A DNA stretch of 64,000 nucleotides, from the NCBI RefSeq assembly GCF_001194135.2, contig NC_068986.1, positions 63,496,700-63,560,699 on the forward strand, in the 5' to 3' direction. The notes beneath the pieces are model-generated. The model was not told the origin of the DNA and did not search any database. It saw only the letters and a program-made list of their open reading frames with translations. This document shows positions 37,781 to 51,060 of this stretch, one piece after another. Position 1 is the stretch's first letter, and every line of letters begins with the position of its first letter. Made by a program: the position numbers and the translations under genes. Origin of the DNA: Octopus bimaculoides (lineage: Eukaryota).

Positions 37781-38021
37781 GAGGCCTTGGTGCCTTGATT
37801 AGCTTAGAACTTTTTGACTACTCTAAGAGGTTTGTTGCCTCGTTTGTGTTTGAAGAAAGAAAAAACAGTGTTTTCGGAGGGCGTCGATTGATGGGCATCG
37901 TTTGCTTCTCTCGTCAATATTATTATTTTGTTCATCATTCATTTCATTTGTGTTATTGTCCAGCCCACATTTGCTTCTTGCATCCATCTTTGTAATGCCT
38001 TATGGCAAATTTTATGAAATA
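36934..38021 (+). mobile_element. ORF1-only (HAL1-like) non-LTR retroelement, 5'-truncated, with 15-bp TSD
   Basis: TSD AAGAAGTTGCTT(T/C)CC at 36919-36933 and 38022-38036; one zinc-knuckle ORF; about 240-bp 3' region ending TTTATGAAATAAA; no EN or RT. Confidence 0.75.
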
Positions 38022-38188
38022 AAGAAGTTGCTTCCCAACAACATGGTTCTGAGTTCTGGGTACTGGGTTCTGTGTTTCCCAGCCACATGGTTCTTATTGT
38101 GTATCACCTTGGGCAAGTGTCTTACACCATAACCCCAGGTCAACCAAATCCGTGTGAATGGATTTGGTAGATGGAAACTGAAAGAAGC

Positions 38189-38241
<53 letters not shown>

Positions 38242-39654
38242 TGTGTGTATGCATGCATGTGTATGTATGTGTGTATGTGCATGCATGTGTCCATGCCTGT
38301 GTGTGTGTATGTGCATGCATGTGTCCATACCTGTGTGTGCATGTGTGCCTTCGTTTTGACACTGCATGATAGTTGTAAATAATTCAGTGTTATATATTCT
38401 GCAAGAACATGCCTGACCATGGAAATGTATTACCTTACTTGGAAACAGATGAGGATTGGCAACAGGAAAGGCATCCAGCCATTGAAAATCTGCATCAATT
38501 AAACTCCATCTGACCATGCTAGCATGGAAAAGTGGATGCTAAAAGTGATGATGAAATGGTATGTTCCCTAATGTAAGGAAATCTTAGCATGTGTGAGTTG
38601 TAAGGAGACCCTACAGAAAAAAAAAATGACTTCTTAATGAGAATTTGGTCTATACAATAGTTCAAATGAAATTTCTTACACTCTCTTGGTGATGGATGTA
38701 GCATTGGTAGGCCTTTCAAAAATAGTTTTATAATTTGTTTCTTATGAAATTTAACTTCATAACAAAAGTAATTTAGATTACCTAGCAATAGCTGTTTGCT
38801 CCAGGTACCAATAATAGTCATGATGGTTGTTGGTGTTACTGTTTAAACATTTAGCATTCATATTACTCTGTCTAATGTATTACTTTTGTTTTCAGTTAGT
38901 CATGCATTATCTCATTGCTTCAAGATTTCAGTGATGTGATGGTATATCTTTAGAATGACATGGTAGAGTAAGTATGAGAGGCCAGATCTGGCCAATTATA
39001 ACAAGAAAAAGGCAGAACATTTGGACCAGATATGGACTGGTTAAATGCTATAGGATTAGGCCTATGCATGCCTTGATCATGTCAAAGGTGTTCTAGCCAT
39101 GACCATCTCATCTCTTTCCCTGGTATAATAAATATATTTTGAACTACATCCCAGATATTGTTCCTGCTGACATGACCAACATGCAGCTAAAATCCTTAGA
39201 GTTTTTACAAATGCTATGCCTCACAGATTCTAATGATTTCTGACAGTGACTTCAAATATATACAGCAATGCCAAATCTACAGACTTGGTGTCTTCTTCAA
39301 AAACTGGAAATTACTCCACATTTCATCAGTTGCTACCACTCTGTAAGACTCATAGTTGACTCATATTAGAGTAAAGCTTATATACATATCTGAAATGGGA
39401 ATGCTATGAATAAGAAACATCCATCAATATATTTACACGTTTATGTAGTCAGAAGCACGACTATTCTTATAAACATATATAAGTACACACACAACATACA
39501 GACATATTTATATATAGTACATAGATGTCAATCCACATTGACATATACTCTCATATGTTCATTCACATAGTCTAATCTATATCTATATATATATATATAT
39601 ATTAGCAGATGTCTGTGTATTTGTATGTCTGTGCATAATGCCAATGAGATAGTT

Positions 39655-39685
<31 letters not shown>

Positions 39686-39949
39686 GTGAAAGAAACAGAC
39701 TAAAAGAGAGGGTGAGAGGGAATATGTGTAAGTCAGAGAAACACAGAATGAGAAAAAGCCAGAGAGAAGAGATAGTGGGAGAGAGAGAAAGCAAGTTTCT
39801 ATAGAAGTTGAAAGAGAGAGAGATAGTGGGAGAGAGAGAGACACTGATGTTTAATACTGTATGTATGTTCTATAGATGAAGGTAAAAGAAAGCTGGCATA
39901 AAGAGAGGGGAAAAGCAGGAGAGAAAGAGACGCTGATGTTTGATAGTGT

Positions 39950-39988
<39 letters not shown>

Positions 39989-40164
39989 CACGCACATGCA
40001 TGCATGTGTACAGTGTTTCACAATTGCCATTTATTTCAATCACTTTTGTAAAGTGACTTTCACTCATTTTTCATTTAATCCCCCATCTTAATTTTCAAAA
40101 AAGTTTCCAAAAAAATGTTCTCACTCTCTACAAGAGGAGACGGGGTAAGTGTAGATGATCAGTA

Positions 40165-42310
40165 TTTTATAGTGAAGCAAAAGTAGCCAGAGTAAGGCCA
40201 CTAGAGACCCCTGCACAATGACAGCAAAGACATGAAAATGACTGAAGGAGAGCTGCTGTAGGGCCAATGAGTCACAAAGAGCACAGGAAAAACAATTAGA
40301 ACAATTACATCAACAAAATGCAATCTGCAGGAGCTTAGAGTCAAAAAATGGAAAGAGAAAAACGTTTAAAGGATGCAAGACAAAGATAAGCTGCTTTTAG
40401 ATTACTGCTAAACCTGGTCACAAATGACAGTCCAGTTTGTAACATAATCAAAGGTTCAGATTCAACAGAAGTGTTGTGCCAATGCTACCTGATCATTTGG
40501 TATGAATGCTCCATTTCATATAGAGGTGCAATGGAAGCTCTTGATAAGACTTCACAAGACATAAGAGGCAACAATAAATCTATGGGAGGAGTTACATTTG
40601 TTTTATCATGAGACTTCAAACAGACATTACCAGTCATTCCGAGAGGAACAAGATCTGATGAAATAAAAGTATGCATTAAGTTTTCACACCTATGGAATAA
40701 AGTACAGAAATTCTCCTTCAATACTAACACGTGAGCTTTATAACATGGGGACCAATGTGCAGGACAGTTTTCAACTTGGCTCCTCCAATTAGGAAATGGG
40801 AAAGTACCATTTTATACGAATAGTGATATCAGTTTGGCTCATATCACTATCATAGTGAATTCCCCAGCTGAATTGAAAAACAAGTTATTTCCAGACTTAA
40901 GTAATAATTATAATTCACATAAATGGTTGTGTGAAAGGGCAATTCTTGAACCAAAAATGAGACAATAGCAAAGATTAACATTGAATTAATGAATAAGATC
41001 CCAAATCATTAAGCAGAACAAATCAGTTGATTCAGTTCTTGATGAAAATCAAGCTGTCCATTACCCAACAGAATTCCTTATTTCTCTTGAGTACCTGGAA
41101 CTCCACCACATAAGCTTTTTCTGAAGGTAGGAGTCGCAATAATGCTTCTAAAGAAATTTAGATCCTCCTAAATTATGCAATGGGACAAGGTTGATTGTGA
41201 AGATATTATCACCTAATGTAATAAAAGCTACCATCATCACTGGATGTGCCTCTGGGGAAGAGGTTTTCATTTCAAGAATTCCAATCAAACCAACAGACAT
41301 GCCATTTGAGTTCAAGCAAACACAATTCCCAGTGTGACTTTACATCACAAGGTCAGACTTTGAAATCTACTGGCTTGCACTTAATTGAGCCTTGCTTTTC
41401 TCACAGTCAGTTTTATGTTGGTTGCTCCAGGGTTGGTAGTTTGCAAGACTTATTTGTTGTTGCTCCAAACCAGAAAACAAAGAAGTTGTTTACCCAGAAG
41501 CTCTTACATAGTTTCCTTCAACATATGTGATAGAATTTATCTCCCTTCATAAAAGTGAAAAATTTTGTATTTTCATTTTTATTATTATTATTATTATTGA
41601 GCGAGAGAGCAGTACATGCCATCAAAGTGACACTCGGGTAAAATATACGAAGTCCATTATACCCATCATGACTACCCATCTGATAACAGTACACCAGGCA
41701 CATGCATCACAGCCATATGTGCATGACATGGTGATCTCATATAAAGATAAACAGCACATGATCTCGCAGGTGGGGCCCAGTTAGAATTTTCTTCAAGTCA
41801 AGTAGCCCATCCCTCTCAAAAGGTCCCTGAATAAGGTTTAAGAATATTGAGCAAAACACCCATGTTTCCAAAGGTGAATTATTCAAACCCCAAAGAATTC
41901 TTCCCAACACATGGCTATGATGCTCTCCCACTACTTCTGCTCATGATCAGAGATGCACATATCGTCAGCCACAAAAGGACATGCTCAACTGGTTAAGATC
42001 AAACAACTAACAAGCAAATCTGTGGTATTAAGCAGAATATTTGCTGTACCAAGATAAAACAATGTACATGATAACACTTCCAATCAATTAAGATGAGAAG
42101 CCATGAAAACCACTGCCTGGTACTGCATCTGGGCTATTATTATTATTATTATTATTATCTTTTTATGTATTATGAATTGCTTTCATCATGTATCCCAGTT
42201 GAAGAATAAATTGAATTTAGAACAAATTTCTATACAACATATTTTGCTTTTTTTCTTCTAATATATAAGGGACAATTTCATCCCTGGGCAATGCCGGGTG
42301 CCTCTGCTAG
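40165..42310 (+). mobile_element. Helitron deletion derivative (STPR-like repeats + PIF1-type helicase C-half + 3' terminus)
   Basis: ETPAQ*QQRHEND*RRAA repeats; LIIWYEC...EALDKT...DFKQTLPVIPRG; NLDPPKLCNGTRL; SQGQTL; CFSHSQFYVGCSRV; 3' hairpin CCTGGGCAATGCCGGG then CTAG|T at 42307-42311. Confidence 0.9.
41599..42134. mobile_element. ~540-bp non-coding interspersed repeat (family D) inside the Helitron, flanked by (ATT)n
   Basis: An inverted second copy lies at 50532-50891; ATT/TAA runs at the ends. Confidence 0.8.
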
Positions 42311-43639
42311 TATATATCTAAACATGCACATATGTGCGTGCGTGCGTGCATGCGTGTGTATTTGTAAGTATATTTGCATAGTTCTATTTCCCATAGAAGT
42401 ATAGACATCCAGCTGACTGGTAGCAAGCTATTCATAGATAATCAGACAGTTTTTCATTTTGCTATATCTGTTCATTACAAAAATTGCAGAATCAATGCTT
42501 CTTTCTATTTCTTTTATTTGTCTCTTCCTTTCCCATTATTTTCATCTTACTTTAAACCTCCACATTGCAGAATATTGCCCCAATTGTCCCAACAGGGCTG
42601 ATATTTTAGCTCTGGTTTTATAGAGTTAAGTGAATTAAAAGTTAAATGTCCCTCTTGACTAGATATTAGTTATTTATGGTAACACAGCTAAAAATTATTG
42701 TAACACTTCTTAACAACTTAATGAAGTGGACTGAGATTTGTTTAATCAAATCTGCTGCTACATTTCCCAATAAAATTCGAGCAAAGTAGCAAAACACATG
42801 ATTTAATTTATTACAATGTAAAAGCTTTCACTAACACAAAAAAGCTGTTAAGGTGCATCGTTCTCTATTTTACTGTTATTATTTAATCTGAAAACAGAAC
42901 GGTGTATTGGTAGATCCATTTAAACATTGGACAAAATATCATCAGTATTTGTTCCAGCTCTTTATATTCAGATTTCAAATCCCACCAAAAGTCAACTTTG
43001 CCATTTTATCCCTTTGGGATAATGATATAGGGTACCTGTCAAGTACAGGAGTTGATATAATTGACTGTTCCCTCTCCATCCAAATTTCTAGCCTTGAACC
43101 TATGTTAGAAACCATTACTTAGTGTGAAAAGAGGGGCCAAACCTATATTCCTTGCAGGCTGTTCTACACTTGTGAAGTAGGTGTTGTGTCTAAATTCCTG
43201 AAGATCAATGAGTTTAGGGAGTTTCACTGCATTCCAGAGAGTTAATGTAGGTTAAAAGAAACATTGACCTCAACAGAATTTGAACTCAAAACATCAACAT
43301 AAAAGGAAAAACTTCAAGCAGTTAAACATTTAACCAATAACATACTTTTTAAATCATTCTACTATCCTGATATCACCCTCTAATAGCAAGATACTAATTT
43401 CCATCACACTGTCATTATTATTTCCATGGGTAGTTTAATTAAACTGGTGGGTAACTTCAGAAAATGTTCTGTTGCTAATAATTATATACATAAAGCCAAC
43501 TATCTGAATACTCCTAGAACTTAGAAAATGCAAAACCATATTGAGCAGGGCCATCTACCTGACTTTGGTTTTTGCTAGGTTAACTCTAAAGCCCTTTGAT
43601 TCTAGACCTTGCTTCCATACCTGGAACTTTTTCTTTAGT

Positions 43640-44585
43640 TCAGGTCGTGATTCAGCTATAAGAGCACGGTCACCAGCATAGAAAAGCTCTCAGAGACAAC
43701 TTGTCTTGAATTCCTCTGTTATTGCCTGGAGGATTAGGATGAACAAGAGGGGGCTGAGCACCGATCCTTGGTGAATCCCCTACTTGTACCTTGAATTCTT
43801 CACTGTACTCATTGCCCACCCTCACCTTACTGGTAGCATCCCTGTACAAGGCTTGTACAGCTCTCACTAACCACTGGTCTATCCCCAGTTTCTGCATTGA
43901 CCACTAGATAAGGGATCAGGGCACTCTGTCAAAAGCTTTCTCCAAGTCAACAAAAGCCAAGTGCAGAGGTTTATCTTTGGCCAGGTATTTCTCCTGCAGT
44001 TGCCTTACCAGAAATATAGCATCAGTGGTGCTTTTACCTGGCACAAATCCAAACTGCATCTCATCTCATCCCTAAATAGCTGGGCTATGACTCTCTCTGC
44101 AACTTTCATCACCTGATCCAACAATTTGATACACCTGTAATTATTTCTATCTAAGGCATCACCTTTACCTTTGTAGCAGTTGACTATGGTGCTGCCACAC
44201 CACACCAGTCATTGAGTATGACTCCTTCATGAACCACCTGATTTACAATACAGGTGACAGGACCCTAACTTACACCACCAGATACTTTAAGCATCTCAGC
44301 GGTGATTCTTGATGGGTCGGGGGCTTTCCCTGTCTTCATACCCTTATGCTTTATCTATCAGGGTACTATCGACTTGGGTAGCTGGTCCCTCAATTGGGTC
44401 AACATTTGGCAAACTCTCCTCCTCACATGCATTCTCTATGTTCAGCAGTCTTTCATAATGGCACCTCCAAGCCTCTTTCTCTGCAGACTCATTAAAAGCA
44501 AATGCACCATCATCCATGCCGACACATTTCTCTCCTATGACATCAAAATTTTCTCTCACACACTGTGTTGCAATCTGAAATACTT
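43640..44585 (-). mobile_element. RTE LINE RT fragment
   Basis: GSTIVNCYKGKGDALDRNNYRCIKLLDQVMKV; AFVDLEKAFDRVP; QWLVRAVQALYRDATSKVRVGNEYSEEF. Confidence 0.9.
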
Positions 44586-45078
44586 CAGTGGTATCAAAAA
44601 GCTCCTGGACTAGTTATGTTTAATAAAAAATAACTTATTTACCTAAGTTTTAATGCCATCTCCTTTGAAACAGTCACCTTGCACAGCTATACACTGATCT
44701 CAGCATACCTGTTACTTTTGGAATCCAGCCTGAAAATTGTTTTCTGTAAGTGAGTTCAGGACCTTCCATGATTTGCTCTGGATCTTGCCTCATCACCATA
44801 AGCTCGCTAAAGCATGCTCAATGTCTCTAGCAAACTTCTCAAGTTTAAGGCAAAATTTCACATAGGCTCTTTGTTCTAACTTCCTGTCCATAACAAAATC
44901 ACAGACTACATGGTATCACAAAAACACGAATTTCCCAACTTGTGAAGTAAATACTGTGATATCACTCAGCACACCACCTCATGAAGGCCACTGCTAGCTT
45001 GCACTGCACACACAACCATGTGCTTCCATCTGTTGGTATGCTACAGAACTAGTCCAGGAAATTTTTGATACCACCCCG
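44585..45078 (-). mobile_element. mariner internal-deletion derivative with ~30-bp TIRs
   Basis: TIRs GTGGTATCAAAAAGCTCCTGGACTAGTT and AACTAGTCCAGGAAATTTTTGATACCAC; MDRKLEQRAYVKFCLKL start joined to a GDCFKGD end. Confidence 0.8.
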
Positions 45079-46826
45079 TATTTTTTTATAGATTTACTCT
45101 GGAAGTGGTTATGGCTCTGCACTTTGCAGGATCCCAAGACTGATGAGATCAATACAGTTAATGTTCCTCCTGAACAGTTGCCAGTTAACAGGTGCAAGAG
45201 GAAAATTCCCGAAGGCTGAAATCTTGGGAGGAAGGATTGGATGTAGAGGTTAGTATAGGGCTGAAGAGTGGGGTATATACTCAATATGGGTGGCAAGAGA
45301 TGGAAAGATGATTATAGAGTCAAGAATGCCTAAGAACAGACATAAGACTAGCCAGCCCAGGGAAACAGAAGTCACTTTAGTTACTGTAGCAAAAGACAGG
45401 GAGAAGAGATAGCACATCAATGGACTAGGGCTGGAATGTGCTTGGGACTGACTTCATATTAATTATTTAAGTGGCCTTTCTTTGAATGTGGTCTAGGATA
45501 CCTGTGCATGTGACAGCAGCAGCATCCCTGATGGAAATGCAGTCCTGTATTGTGGGTTTCACCTGGGTCTTGTAGTTTGGGCAAATAGTTGTGGGAGCTG
45601 AAGCATTTTGTGTCTGTGAAGAGGAAGACCAGTATTTGTGATGCAGAGTTTGTTATGCCAAAGAGTCCTCTGTGATGGTGCTTTTCATGTTTGGAAATGA
45701 GGATTCATTGTATGCATACACCTGCATGTCCACTAGCCTGTAGAATTAGAAGTACTGAAAACATTGATTCAATTTTAGGTCTCCCAACCATATGATCTCA
45801 GGTCCAGTTCCACTGCATGGCACCTTGGGCAAGTCTTCTACTAAAGCCCCAGGCCAACGAAATCCTTGTGAGCAGATTTGATAAATAGAAAACAAAAGAT
45901 TATTGTATATGTGTGTGTAAGGAAGCATGTGTGTGTGTGTGTTGGTGTGCAATCACATATGTATTACAGTCTCCTTACCTTGACTTCATGTGTTAGTAGT
46001 AAGCAAATGTCACCATCATGCAAATGGTGTCCTTCATTTCCAGTCTTCTATGAACTGTGTTTGGTCACGTGGAATATTACCTGACTTGGAAACAGATGAG
46101 GGTTGGTGACAGGAAGGGCATCCAGCTATAGAAAATCTGCTTCGACAAATTCCATTTGATCCATGCAAGCATGAAAAGTGGGCATAAAATGATGATGATT
46201 GGCGGCGGCGGCGGCAGCGACGATGATGATGATTAATAAGAATATGTATGGCTGTAGGAAGAAAACTGGAACACCAATAACCGACAAAACATTCTTATGT
46301 ATTCTAGTAGTGAATAAAACAATAAATGTCTCTACTAAAAGACAATCGATACAATCGACATCATGTATAACTAAGACCTGAAAGGGGTAAATACATCTCT
46401 TGCTTTCTTGGCTCTCTCATTCATAACTACCTTTGATTACTGATGCAAGAGTTAATCATTTGGTTCTTGCAATGTAGTATAGCTTGATTCTGTTTGCCTC
46501 ATCTTGATTTTCTCAGAAATAAAATTATAAATAATAATAAATGAATAATCTATAAATAAATAAATAAATGAATAACTAAATAAAACTATGTTCTATTCAT
46601 ATCAATCTGGTTACAATATCAGTAGAAGATTCTATGTTCTGTGCAGTTAGTTAGGATATTTGACCAATCCTAAACTATTTCATAGATTTCTTCACAATGG
46701 AAAGTAATTGATCTGCCATGATCACAGGTCTTTCCTTTGCAAATACATATACACAAGCACAGGCACACAAATGCTCATGTACATAGGCATCTACAAATAT
46801 GCATTCTCATATTCACGCACACACCA

Positions 46827-46860
<34 letters not shown>

Positions 46861-47899
46861 AATACTGAACGTATATACACATACATACGCATGTATGCAT
46901 ATACCTGCATTGTGTCACACATGTATCTCAATTCTTTAGCTGGTTTCAGGCATTGTAATTATGTAGGTCATGTATAAACACACATACACACGTATATATC
47001 ATATATGTACACACACTCACATATATGTGCATGTGTGTGCACATGTATGTTCGTGTATGTGTGAGTCAGTATTTAGTTATAAAAAACAGTTATAAAAAAA
47101 TGCAAAGAAGGTTTTTTGATTATTATTCACAGTCAATAAATAAGCCAGTAACATTTGTTTTATACATTCTTCCTCTACATAGCATTAATATGTTCTAATG
47201 AACAGAGGCTGTAGACATGTTTTATATTTTGAGCTAAATATTAGACAATACCCGATAGAAATCTCTCTAAGGGTGCCCCAATCTATATATCTTCCTATTT
47301 TCCATTTTTGCTCTTCTTTTTCACTCATTCAATCTTGCATATCTGTACAAGCAAGCACACTGTTATATGTATATGTATTATCTCATACTAGTGTTAGATA
47401 TGCATACTTTCGTGCATACAGTTAAACAAAAAATGAGAAACACTTGCAATGCTATTGATATTAATCTCATTTTTATGAACTTTACTTTTCATTTTAGTGT
47501 ACTTAAGTTTGTCAAATCTTTAATACCTCTCAAAACCACAGCTCTCCACACTGCCCTGTCTGCCACAAGTGATTCAAGACATTTGTAACATAATTTAAAA
47601 CATTTCATATTTAATTTTAAAGGGTCTTTGTATCTTTTCTTTGACTTACTATTTTTTCTCTTTCCCGGCATAAGTTCATCATTCACACAGATGAGAAGGC
47701 TTGTCCATCATAGTTGATCCCTCATAAGTATGGTTTGGACTTATGTGACTCTAGCTTCAGCAAGAACTTTAGTGTCAAAAATAAGTAGGGACCAACTTAT
47801 TCTGAATTTGTGGCAGAGGCATTTCTGATGAAATCTCTCCAACATTTTCACATGATGCATGTAAATTGTCCATGTTTCAGAAGAATACAACAGTGCACA

Positions 47900-48070
47900 A
47901 AGAACAAATAAGACATATACTATGGTCTTGATGTTAGTTTTGATATGGCACTATGACCAGACTTTAGATACTAGGCTGCCAAAGGCTTTTGCTGCCTTTT
48001 GAATACAAGAAGTGATTTCCACATCTACATTTCCATTAACATGTACTATGCTCCCCAGGTGTTCAAAACA
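47900..48070 (-). mobile_element. RTE-BovB-like RT C-terminal fragment
   Basis: FEHLGSIVHVNGNVDVEITSCIQKAAKAFGSL...IKTIVY. Confidence 0.7.
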
Positions 48071-50029
48071 ATATATGTGTGCATGTGTGTGTATATACAT
48101 GTAATGTGGTGTACACAATTGAAGCAGTATTAATTTAAAGTAGCCATGTGTGTATCATACTTGATGTACATACACTGTTGACAGGCAAGTGACTGCAATT
48201 TTCATCTGAGATAAATCTCTTATAGACATGCTGTGTTTAAAAATTCAGAGTAAACTGGAGAGAGAGATGAAAGATTATTTTTGGAGCAGCTAGTGGGAAC
48301 ACCAGATACATTTTAGCTTTTGGAGGCTTTGTCAAGGTTGTATACTCGTAACCAGATACATGTCAACATGCAATTTGTTACCTCTGATGGAGCAAACAGT
48401 GATTAATACATTGTGAGTAGCCACAAGGCTAAATAAATAATCTAGTGTATACAATTGAAGCAGTATTAAATCAAGATAGCCATTGATGTATCATATTTAA
48501 TGTATATATATGCTGTTGACAGACAAGCTGCTGAAATAAAATCTCTTATGGACATGCTGTGTTTAAATACACATTACTATATATATCACTATATTGAAGG
48601 TGACAAATCTCATCTAGGTATGTGGTTTGCTGTGAGTATACATCATTGATAAGGCTCAAAAAGGTTGAAATGCATTTGATGCTGTGGGATGATTTTTGTC
48701 TCCCTCCGCTTTACACATCTCACTACCATGTAGCATTACTTGAGATGTGTATACCCATATACAAACACAAACATGTAAATATATACTCATACACATGTAC
48801 ACACACTCACAGTTTCAATCCTTATTTTTGTACAACAGCCATAAGACCTGCAAACTGGATAAGTCCTTATAATGTATTTTATAAATAATGGTATACCTAC
48901 TCTATTAATCTATATATGAGTGCATGTTCCTTCTGCCTCATGGATTTTTAAACAAATACATATATATATTCACACACAGCGCATGATTACATACATGCAT
49001 GCATATACATATATATTATATAATACACACACACACAGAAATATATATATATCATTTTTAACCACAGTACTCAAAATAGATAAGTCCATAAATAATAGTG
49101 TGTTGAATATTGGGGTTAAAAAACATTTTGGATGGGAAAAGTCAAGGTTGCTGATGTCCTAAAAAAAGACTTCAACATTTTCCATCCATAGAGTTTTTTA
49201 ACTCAATACTCTACATGCAATTTTTTATAGCTTTATCTACTTTGAGATCCATTATTAAAAATGATTTATTTCATATCTCTCAAAGTTTCTAAATTCTTAT
49301 GATATGTATGCGTGTGATAAGGAGAGTGAGCTGTTTGCCAAATTTGGATATGTATGTGACTGAATAGTCAGAAAACATGTTTTACAGGTTGAGTATTTCT
49401 TGGATGTCAGTCACTCATCTATGAAATGATAGAGCTATCTTTTTTTTTCTTCAGTAAATGTTGGTGAAATGCTGTTTGTAATACATTGTAAATTTATGAT
49501 TGCTATGCCATTAGTCTAGTGTCTTAGCCATTCTACCACTTTAGCTCTTTTGTGATTATATACTCCAGTGATTGCTTCACATTCTCATTGTAATAATTTT
49601 AGAATGCTTTTCCATCTAAAGTTAATCTTTTCACACATAACATTTCAACAACGAGCAATAACAGAGTCACCTTTTATACTCAACATTCTGTTTTCTTTTT
49701 AAATAACAAACATTTCTATTTTCCCATTTCACATTTTCACTATCAAAATTGCATATTTTAAAAAATTATTTTGCTTATTACATTTCAATATTTGCATCTC
49801 TGTTACATGTAATAAATTCATATATTACAGTTTACTAATTCATTAATTTCACGCATTGTCTTTCCTAATAACAAGCACATAAGCAGCTGTCCGGATGGTT
49901 AAGCTCTCTTAAGGTATCCGTTTACAATATCTTCATTCCTCTTGCAATTAATAATAATGATAATGATAATAACAATAATGATAATAATAATAATGATGAT
50001 GATGATGATAATAATAATAACAATAATCC

Positions 50030-51060
50030 TTTCTACTATAGGTACAAAGCCTGAAATTTGGGGAGGAGGATAGTTGATTACATCAACCCCAGTACTCAAG
50101 TGGTTTTTATTTTATTGACCATGAGTAGATGAAAGGCAAAGTCAACCTCGGTGGAATTTGAACTCAGAACATGATGACAGACAAAATGCAGCTAAGCATT
50201 TCACTCAGCGTGCTAACAATTCTGCCAGCTTGCCACCTTAATAATAATAATAATAATAATAATAATCATAATGATGATGATGATGATGATTTCAAATTTT
50301 GGCACATGGCTAGCAACTTCAGGGTAGGGGTAAGTCGATTGCAATGACCCCAATACTCAACTGTTACTTATTTCATCAACCTCAAAAGGATGAAAGGCAA
50401 AGTTGACCTCAGCAGAATTTGAACTTAGAACATAACGATGCACAAAATACTGCTAAGCATTTTACCCAGCATGCTAACAATTCTACCTGCTTGCTGCCTT
50501 AACAATAATAATAATAATAATAATAATAATATGCCATGATGCAGTACCAAGCAGTGACTCTCATGACTTTTGATCGTAACTGATTGGAAGTTTTATCATG
50601 TACATTGTTTTGTCTTGGTATAAAAGATGGGCTACAGCAAATATTCTGCTCAATACCACAGATTTGCTTGTCAGTTGCTTGGCCTTAAACAGTTGAGCAT
50701 ATCCCTTAATGGTTGACAATATGTACATCTCTGATCACGAGCAGAAGTAGTCGGGGATCATCATAGCCACGTGTTGAGAGGAATTCTTTGGGGTTTACAT
50801 AATTCACCTTTGGAAACATGGGTTTGTTCATCATCCTTAAACAAACCTTATTCAGGGACCTTTTGAGCGGGATGGGCTACTCGACCTGAAGTCAATTACA
50901 CCAACCCCAGTGCTCAACTGGTACTTATTTTATTAACTACAAAAGGATGAAAGGTAAAGTTGACCTCAGCAGAGTTTGAACTCTAAATGTAAACAGATAA
51001 AATATCACTATGCATCTTGCCTGACATGCTAACAATTCTGCCAGCTAGCTGCCATAATAA
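50030..51060 (-). mobile_element. three SINE family A copies in tandem plus a family D insertion (50532-50891)
   Basis: Repeated AAAGGATGAAAGGCAAAGTTGACCTC...GAATTTGAACTCAGAAC units separated by (TAA)n/(GAT)n. Confidence 0.85.

Larger units (their letters stand above)
36898..38555 (+). mobile_element. CORE-type SINE interrupted by a 1.09-kb retro-insertion
   Basis: Head GGTGTGGCCATGTGGTAAGAAGTTGC at 36900-36930 resumes at 38022 (AAGAAGTTGCTTCCCAACAACATGGTTCTGAGTTC...CCTTGGGCAAGTGTCTT), then a (TG)n tract and an RTE-like tail CATGCTAGCATGGAAAAGTGGATGCTAAAAGTGATGATGA. Confidence 0.8.

Noticed and set aside
42075-42134. short similarity of the family D end (CCTGGTACTGCA) to U2 snRNA stem-loop IV
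   Set aside because: Only about 12 nt, not collinear with the rest of U2, and no Sm site.
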